Of a stretch of DNA of 32,000 bases, positions 26,279 through 32,000 are shown piece by piece. The stretch is from positions 1 to 32,000 of the forward strand of contig JAPZAR010000009.1 of the NCBI GenBank assembly GCA_027460535.1, written 5' to 3'. Below the pieces are notes generated by a model. It did not search any database and was not told the origin of the DNA. It saw only the letters and a program-made list of their open reading frames with translations. The translations under genes were made by a program, and so were the position numbers. Origin of the DNA: Candidatus Methanoperedens sp. Lineage in GTDB: Archaea; Halobacteriota; Methanosarcinia; Methanosarcinales; Methanoperedenaceae. Within the stretch, counting starts at the first letter, position 1. The number at the start of each line of letters is the position of its first letter.

Positions 26279-27679
26279 ATGCAATTTCAACCAACAGGAA
26301 AAAATTCAGCTATATTTGTTTTCATTTTTACACTGTTAGGCCTGATAACATCAAATCCTCTCTTTTACGCCCCTGGCGCAGTCATTGCCCTCGCGGTATT
26401 TTTCGATCTGGTAAGTTTTCTGATAGCCCTTGATGCTCTCAATGCATCGGTCGTAAGAAAGGTAGGCAAAACAAAAATTCATATGGATAACCTGCTGGAT
26501 GTTGAGGTAGACCTGAAAATAAATGCCAGAAATCTAAAGAAAGTTCATTTTCAGGATTTATATCCCGAATCGTTTACCTTCATCTCAGGGGATGCGGGCC
26601 AGAATATCAACCCTGAAAAAACCCAGCACCATTTTTCATACTGCTTGAAAGCAACCGGGCGCGGAACTTATTCGTTCTCAAGATCGCATCTTGATATTGA
26701 AAGCAATCTTCGGATGTTCAGGCACAGGTCTGATATTGAAAGCCATATCGAGGTAAGTATTTATCCGCCTGTCCTATCGAGAAAATCCATGTTGGCCCAC
26801 TATATTTCCACACAGTACGGAAGCGGCAGGTTGAGGCAAAAAGGCATGGGAACCGAAGTTGCGGAGATCAGGAATTATATGCCCGGAGACGATGTGAGGC
26901 ATATAGACTGGAAAACAAGTTTGCGGCTTAATAGCATGTTCACAAAAGAGTTTGAATCTGATACGGGGCTTTCGATGTTCGTTCTGGTGGATCACAGCAA
27001 GATGGATGGCCAGGATAACCTTGACTATGCAATTCGGATAGCAAATTATTTGACGCAGCAGGCGGCCAGGGACAACCAGCCAACAGGCGTGATCACATTC
27101 ACCCATGATCGCATCACCAACAAATGCCTGATAAAAAGTGGGAAGAACCCGTTTGAAATATCAAGAGATCTCTTTTCTCTGGTCCCTGAGACGAGTAAAC
27201 CGTGTACCTTGGCCATGGATGCCGGGGAGATAAAGGAATTTGAAAGAAAGTTGAGATCCTCCAATGGAGATCGCTTCCATTCTATTCTTTCGCCGTTTTT
27301 TATCGAGGGTTCTGAACACTCAAGGATTATGGAGTCGCAGGGCATATACCGTGCCATAAAGCATCTGATCCAGTTTTCAAAGACACCTTCACTGATCGCG
27401 ATAATTACGGACCTTGCGTATGAAGTGCCGGTGCTTGACAGCGTGCGCCTTGCGACATATTACGGGAATCGGGTTCTTGTGATCGTTACATCACCCGTTC
27501 TTTTCAAGGAATATGATGTGCTTGAGCTTGAAGAACATTATATTGAATACATGAGATTACAGAAAAAAATTGAAAAATTCAAGCGTCTTAAAAGTGTAAA
27601 AGTAATGGAGGCACGACCGGGTGAAAGGCCGGAACTAATTATCGATAAGGCGGTGCAGGGATGGAAAACTCATTTTTAG
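26279..27679 (+). CDS. DUF58 domain protein (vWA-like, MoxR partner)
   Basis: Hallmark EIRNYMPGDDVRHIDWKTSLR. N-terminal TM pair. Degenerate MIDAS-like VLVDHSKM. The start abuts the MoxR stop. Confidence 0.85.
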   Translation: MQFQPTGKNSAIFVFIFTLLGLITSNPLFYAPGAVIALAVFFDLVSFLIALDALNASVVRKVGKTKIHMDNLLDVEVDLKINARNLKKVHFQDLYPESFTFISGDAGQNINPEKTQHHFSYCLKATGRGTYSFSRSHLDIESNLRMFRHRSDIESHIEVSIYPPVLSRKSMLAHYISTQYGSGRLRQKGMGTEVAEIRNYMPGDDVRHIDWKTSLRLNSMFTKEFESDTGLSMFVLVDHSKMDGQDNLDYAIRIANYLTQQAARDNQPTGVITFTHDRITNKCLIKSGKNPFEISRDLFSLVPETSKPCTLAMDAGEIKEFERKLRSSNGDRFHSILSPFFIEGSEHSRIMESQGIYRAIKHLIQFSKTPSLIAIITDLAYEVPVLDSVRLATYYGNRVLVIVTSPVLFKEYDVLELEEHYIEYMRLQKKIEKFKRLKSVKVMEARPGERPELIIDKAVQGWKTHF

Positions 27680-28467
27680 AAAAAAGACTGGCAGAGTCGG
27701 AGCGGGAGGTCGAAAGGCTGAGAAAAGAACGCAGCCGGGCAAAAAAAAATGAGTACAGGAACACGGGCTATGCGCTTATCGCTTTCGGGGCGGCCACGCT
27801 TGCTATCTCTTATTTCACCCATAACAATACCACTCTTGCATCGATCCTTCTATTCGCAGGGCTGGGTACCACTTATCTTGGTATCCTGTCCCTTTTTCTC
27901 GCGCCTGAGAAGTTCGTGCGTGAAGAGATACTCGAGAAAAGCAATCTATCCAGCCTTATAGTAATAAATAATATCATCCAGGAACTCCAAATACATTCTA
28001 AAGGAATTTATTTAATGTTTGATGATGAGATCAGGGTCGTACTTCCGCTCAAACCCGGAAATATGCCGCGAGGTGAAGCCCTCCGGAGGACATTTAATTT
28101 AGGCCAAAGTACTGCCCTGGTGCTCGTCCCGCTTGGGTATTCTATGATGAAGATGGCAGAAAAAGAGGGCGCAGACTTTAGCGATATATACGGGGCTTTG
28201 AATGAAGTGCTGGCTAAAGGGCTTGAGCTTGCCGATAGCGTTGAGGTGGCGAAAGGAAGCGGTGATATAACCGTTATTATAAATAACCCGCTGTACCTGA
28301 ACCTGTGCGAGAAGGTTTCCGTAGAAGCCCCCGGCATATGCGCAGTGGGTTGTTCCTTCTGCAGTATGATAGCGTGCATAATCACAAAAAGTACAGGGAA
28401 AAACGTAGTGATAGAGCAGGTTGAGCACGGGAAGAACAAAATTATTACAAGATTCAGCCTGAACTGA
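27661..28467 (+). CDS. Membrane protein of unknown function with a C-terminal cysteine cluster; last gene of the MoxR operon
   Basis: Coiled-coil N-terminus, two TM helices, and a soluble domain ending in PGICAVGCSFCSMIAC. Overlaps the DUF58 gene by 19 nt. Confidence 0.45.
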   Translation: MENSFLEKRLAESEREVERLRKERSRAKKNEYRNTGYALIAFGAATLAISYFTHNNTTLASILLFAGLGTTYLGILSLFLAPEKFVREEILEKSNLSSLIVINNIIQELQIHSKGIYLMFDDEIRVVLPLKPGNMPRGEALRRTFNLGQSTALVLVPLGYSMMKMAEKEGADFSDIYGALNEVLAKGLELADSVEVAKGSGDITVIINNPLYLNLCEKVSVEAPGICAVGCSFCSMIACIITKSTGKNVVIEQVEHGKNKIITRFSLN

Positions 28468-29404
28468 CCCCAACCCATAGATGGGTATCCCTGTAGGGCT
28501 GGGTAAAATTATTGTTCTTAAAAAGGAGGAATTGGAGCTTGAGCTCTGTGCCTGCATGCCTGGGCGTAAAGTTGACCTGATGCTCCCAGGTCTGATTATA
28601 AGCGGTCTGGATTTGCTCTTCCTTCAGGATGTCCTCATTAATTTCGACCCTGAGCGTGTAGTTGACGTTTTCATATTCGTGATTAACTATCCCGACGATG
28701 ACCGAATCAGTCTTTCCAACGGTGAGGTTTGCCGGGTATCCTTCGGCTTTTCCACCTGGGCCAAGAAGATAGAATTCAGTGAACTTCTCGCCCTGTTTTG
28801 GGGTGGCAATAACGTAAACCACCATAAAGAGAGATGTTATGATGGATATGATAAGAACGACAGTTAAAATTTTATCAACGCGGTTCTCGGGTTTATGGAC
28901 AATTTCGGTTTTGATCGAATTATAAATTTCCTTCAGATTTACATCAAACCTCTGATTTTCCGCAAGCTTGAGGCGCCGGAAGAGGGCAATAACGGTCATT
29001 GCCAGGATAAAAAGAGTTAGTACTATTATTATTGGAACGAGGCGTATGCCCCATGGCGTAAAGTTCAATCCCAGGCCTACCAGGGGGACTATTGCAATGC
29101 TGAGTCCGAAGCTGAGAGCCGTGCGCTCAATTGGATCAAGATCGTTCTTACCCGGAAAAAGTGCCGCGATCAAAACATACCCAGGGAAAAATAGCACTGC
29201 GGGTATCCCGAAAATTATTCTGATAGGGGTGCCGTCAAATGGTGGAACGAGCACGAACAATAGGGCCAGGACAATAAAATAAATTACCACCTTCAGGTCG
29301 GAGGGAATTTTAGTCCTCGACGCACGGCGGATCATATCAATGAGCCCATGAGAGGAATTGTTCAATAAGTCCATCAGTAATTCCGATTTCACGTTAACCT
29401 CCAA
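28454..29404 (-). CDS. DUF1616-like archaeal membrane protein
   Basis: Four TM helices (..FGIPAVLFFPGYVLIAALFPGKNDLDPIERTALSFGLSIAIVPLVGLGLNFTPWG..) plus a C-terminal beta-rich domain. Overlaps the upstream permease gene by 11 nt. Confidence 0.55.
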   Translation of the reverse strand: MEVNVKSELLMDLLNNSSHGLIDMIRRASRTKIPSDLKVVIYFIVLALLFVLVPPFDGTPIRIIFGIPAVLFFPGYVLIAALFPGKNDLDPIERTALSFGLSIAIVPLVGLGLNFTPWGIRLVPIIIVLTLFILAMTVIALFRRLKLAENQRFDVNLKEIYNSIKTEIVHKPENRVDKILTVVLIISIITSLFMVVYVIATPKQGEKFTEFYLLGPGGKAEGYPANLTVGKTDSVIVGIVNHEYENVNYTLRVEINEDILKEEQIQTAYNQTWEHQVNFTPRHAGTELKLQFLLFKNNNFTQPYRDTHLWVGVSSG

Positions 29405-30560
29405 GCACGCTGGCTATATTTACATTTCTGCCAGAAATTGCAGGCACGATCCCTGAGATCATCCCCGCGATTAATGCCGCGGAAAAAACCATCAAAGGAA
29501 TTAATGGATTGGAGGACAGAATAATATCCATATTAAAGTAAGAACGAATAGCCTCATTCAAAACATACCTGCCCATGATGCCCATCAATACCCCGGCGGC
29601 GCCCCCTAACAACGAGATCATAATGGATTCATAAAATATGATTTTCATGATAGACCCGTTTGAGATCCCGATAGCCCTCATGACGGCGAATTCCTTTTGC
29701 TTTTCATTGACCGAAAAGATCATTGCGCTGGATATGAACAGTATCCCCATAATAAAAGAAACAAGGGTAACGGCTGTTGCGGTTGCGAGGACACGTTTGT
29801 CGTCCGTAAGGGTATGAGCATAGTATTCTGCCTCAGAAAGGATTACTGCATCCGGAAAATATGCCTGAAGGAGTGGCAAAACGTTTTCTCCTCTTACAGT
29901 GATCTGGTTTACCCTGTCCCCTTTCAGGTTACCTGTGAGTTCCTGGAGCTCGGACAGGTGCAAGATTACCACCGGGGCATTTGAAAACTCGGCAGAATCA
30001 ACGATCCCTGTTATTTTGAAAGGAGTAGAATTCATAATGTTCCCCGGATATGCACTCAAATGAACGAGATCTCCCTTTCCAACTCCCAGCAACTTTGATA
30101 GCTTCCCGTTAACTTCGACTTCATGCGTCCAGTCATTCCCGTAGAAATGAGGATCTCCCGGCGTTAGAGCCTCCTGCGAAAAGGTGTCGGAACCATCAGG
30201 AATGACACCCATGCCCAGAACCATTTTAGGTTCTTTTTTTGCAGCATAAAGCACTTTATTAAGGACAGGGTCAGCAGACTTCACATCAGGAGATGACTTT
30301 ATTTCATCGATCCTCTGGTGAGCATTGCCGAGCATGGTCTTCTCAGAATTCGTTACCGGGTCAAGAACACTTGAACCCGCAGGTATTATCCAGAAATTCG
30401 TTTGTTTATCAATGACGGCATTATTTTCCTGGTTCAGGCCAACAGCGACAGATACCAGTAAAATGGCAAAAGCCACGGATACCCCAATGGCAAGGAGGGT
30501 CAGCATGGTTCTTGATCTTCGGTTCAATAAGTTCAAGAAGGCTATCTTAACGAACGTCAC
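29394..30560 (-). CDS. ABC transporter permease, FtsX/MacB type
   Basis: N-terminal TM ([25 protein letters not shown]), a large extracytoplasmic domain, and a C-terminal FtsX module ([23 protein letters not shown]...). Overlaps the ATPase gene by 14 nt. Confidence 0.85.
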   Translation of the reverse strand: MTFVKIAFLNLLNRRSRTMLTLLAIGVSVAFAILLVSVAVGLNQENNAVIDKQTNFWIIPAGSSVLDPVTNSEKTMLGNAHQRIDEIKSSPDVKSADPVLNKVLYAAKKEPKMVLGMGVIPDGSDTFSQEALTPGDPHFYGNDWTHEVEVNGKLSKLLGVGKGDLVHLSAYPGNIMNSTPFKITGIVDSAEFSNAPVVILHLSELQELTGNLKGDRVNQITVRGENVLPLLQAYFPDAVILSEAEYYAHTLTDDKRVLATATAVTLVSFIMGILFISSAMIFSVNEKQKEFAVMRAIGISNGSIMKIIFYESIMISLLGGAAGVLMGIMGRYVLNEAIRSYFNMDIILSSNPLIPLMVFSAALIAGMISGIVPAISGRNVNIASVLGG

Positions 30561-31245
30561 TGATTATTCTCCCATCCATGATCTTTATTATGCGGGCCGG
30601 AATTCTTGAGAGGCTCTCATCATGGGTCACCACTATCGTGGTCTTACCATATTTTTTATTCAGCTCAATGAGCAGATCTATTATCCTGTTTCCCATGATG
30701 CTGTCCAGTTCCCCTGTCGGCTCATCTGCCAGGATTAACGGGGGATCGTTCGCCAGAGCCCTTGCAATGGCCACCCTTTGCTGCTCCCCTCCGCTGAGCT
30801 GACCCGGCCTGTGGTTTGCCCGGTTCGAAAGCCCCACGGATTCCAGGAGGGATAAAACCCTCTCCTTTCTTGCATTTTTGGGTATTTTTGCCTCTTTCAT
30901 GGGCAGCTCAATGTTTTCATATGCCGTCAGGGTAGGCAGAAGATAAAAATGCTGGAATACGAAGCCAAGAGCATGAAGCCTCAGGTTTGCAAGCCTGTCC
31001 GCACTCAGATTCGCGGTATCGGTACCATTTATCTTTACGCTGCCCGATGACGGGACGTCCACGCATCCTATGATGTGCAGCAGGGTGGACTTCCCCGAAC
31101 CACTGGAACCCTGTACCACGACAAATTCACCCTCTTCGACCTCAAGATCGATGCCGCGAAGTGCCTCGATAACTACCTCCCCTACTCGATACTGTCTATG
31201 AATGTTAGTAATCTGGACAATTTTTCTTGACATGTGCATCCTCAT
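30547..31245 (-). CDS. ABC transporter ATP-binding protein (MacB/LolD-like). The start may be the Met at 31233.
   Basis: Walker A is GSSGSGKST, the signature is [15 protein letters not shown], and Walker B is [12 protein letters not shown]. Confidence 0.92.
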   Translation of the reverse strand: MRMHMSRKIVQITNIHRQYRVGEVVIEALRGIDLEVEEGEFVVVQGSSGSGKSTLLHIIGCVDVPSSGSVKINGTDTANLSADRLANLRLHALGFVFQHFYLLPTLTAYENIELPMKEAKIPKNARKERVLSLLESVGLSNRANHRPGQLSGGEQQRVAIARALANDPPLILADEPTGELDSIMGNRIIDLLIELNKKYGKTTIVVTHDESLSRIPARIIKIMDGRIISDVR

Positions 31246-31260
31246 TATAATTATTATTAT

Positions 31261-31268
31261 TTTATATA
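31261..31268. promoter_or_regulatory. TATA-like element (TTTATATA) in the divergent intergenic region between the ABC operon and the secreted-protein gene
   Basis: The 78-nt spacer is AT-rich. A GGTGGAG Shine-Dalgarno sequence lies about 5 nt upstream of ATG 31324. Confidence 0.4.
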
Positions 31269-31323
31269 GAAAATATTATATGTTAATAGGACGTATTATA
31301 GATTACGGTAAAGGTGGAGTCAC

Positions 31324-32000
31324 ATGATCAACAAAGAAATAAATATAATTAGGTATCCGGTTCTGGGTGTGTTATTGGTTTTGATAGTAATTTCGGCCTT
31401 CCCTGCAAGCGCAGGGATAAACTTCAATTTTACCAATGTGACACCCCGCAATTACACGATACCGGATGCGGTATTGAATACGCCCAATTTTGTAAGATTG
31501 ACCGGGGGCGATATAACGGTGCCCTCAATAGACCTTAGTCTTTCTATTGACAAAACTCTGACGAGCGGGAACAGGAGTCTTGTTCTGAAGGCTGGTCCCT
31601 TTGTTAATAAAATCACGACCTTACCGCCGCAGAAAGTCTATATCGTGTCCGGAACTACGATATCAGGAGGTAAGGCAGCAGTTAAGTATACCATAGATGC
31701 CCCATCTTTTCCAAATACCATGGTCAATGTGTCCATATATAAACAGATCAGCGGAAACTTGCCATTTTTCTCGGATTTTTCAATTGCTTTATTGAATTTG
31801 GCTGATTTAAAGGATACATGGAATAACAACACAAAAGTAATGGATGAGTTACTGGACACAGTTTTTAACGATTTAAACAATGTAAGCAAGATGCCAATAA
31901 AGCTGGGTGGAAGCGGGAATTCCGAATCTATAACACAGAACCTGCCTGCAGGAAATTATCTGATAATGGTTACAAACGGCACCGATCCGAAGAAGATCAT
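31324..32000 (+). CDS. Secreted/surface protein with an N-terminal signal peptide; 3' end outside the window
   Basis: My own translation: MINKEINIIRYPVLGVLLVLIVISAFPASAGINFNFTNVTPRNYT... stays open to the window end. It is sequon-rich and was absent from the ORF track because no stop is present. Confidence 0.6.
   Translation, partial: MINKEINIIRYPVLGVLLVLIVISAFPASAGINFNFTNVTPRNYTIPDAVLNTPNFVRLTGGDITVPSIDLSLSIDKTLTSGNRSLVLKAGPFVNKITTLPPQKVYIVSGTTISGGKAAVKYTIDAPSFPNTMVNVSIYKQISGNLPFFSDFSIALLNLADLKDTWNNNTKVMDELLDTVFNDLNNVSKMPIKLGGSGNSESITQNLPAGNYLIMVTNGTDPKKI

Noticed and set aside
28008-28867. ORFs 28008..28478, 28099..28557 (minus strand) and 28481..28867 (plus strand)
   Set aside because: They are antisense to, or overlap, better-supported genes (27661..28467 and the DUF1616-like gene) and have no motifs.
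1-32000. CRISPR arrays, tRNA and rRNA genes
   Set aside because: Scanning the intergenic regions by eye showed no regularly spaced direct repeats and no cloverleaf-like or rRNA-like segments. A tRNAscan/Infernal run would be needed for certainty.

Overview
The window looks archaeal and methanogen-like (Methanosarcinales-type). This is an inference from TTTATATA-type TATA boxes about 25-30 nt upstream of starts, DUF354/DUF1616/DUF457-type genes and sequon-rich surface proteins.

Layout from left to right:
1. A sequon-rich LamG/beta-sandwich surface protein, 5' truncated by the window edge and split by a frameshift (2-1646).
2. A roughly 13.6 kb AT-rich glycan-biosynthesis island (about 1940-15527). 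It sits between the retained 5' stubs of two convergent GC-richer genes: a 41-codon wecB stub on the left and a polysaccharide-deacetylase stub on the right. The island encodes GT-B glycosyltransferases, an LbH acetyltransferase, a methyltransferase, a Wzx-like flippase, a CE4-like protein, a FemAB-like transferase, an AsnB-like amidotransferase, DUF354 and a 596-aa polytopic membrane protein. It also holds an IS3-type transposase remnant.
3. An unusual array (15508-18124) of three progressively shorter 5' copies of that same deacetylase gene. They alternate with two AT-rich toxin-antitoxin cassettes: an MNT/HEPN pair and a TumE/DUF6516-like pair whose toxin is frameshifted.
4. A DUF457 hydrolase, then a GT2 gene whose ORF fuses a GT2 stub and AT-rich filler to an intact GT2.
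5. A tightly coupled six-gene envelope operon (21723-28467): small membrane protein, Ig-repeat/DUF4129 protein, DUF4350, MoxR AAA+ ATPase, DUF58 and a Cys-cluster membrane protein. It is bracketed by MacB/FtsX-type ABC components, one of which is co-operonic with a DUF1616 protein.
6. A 3'-truncated secreted protein at the right edge.

I found no rRNA, tRNA or CRISPR array. All family names come from motif recognition by eye, and no database search was run.
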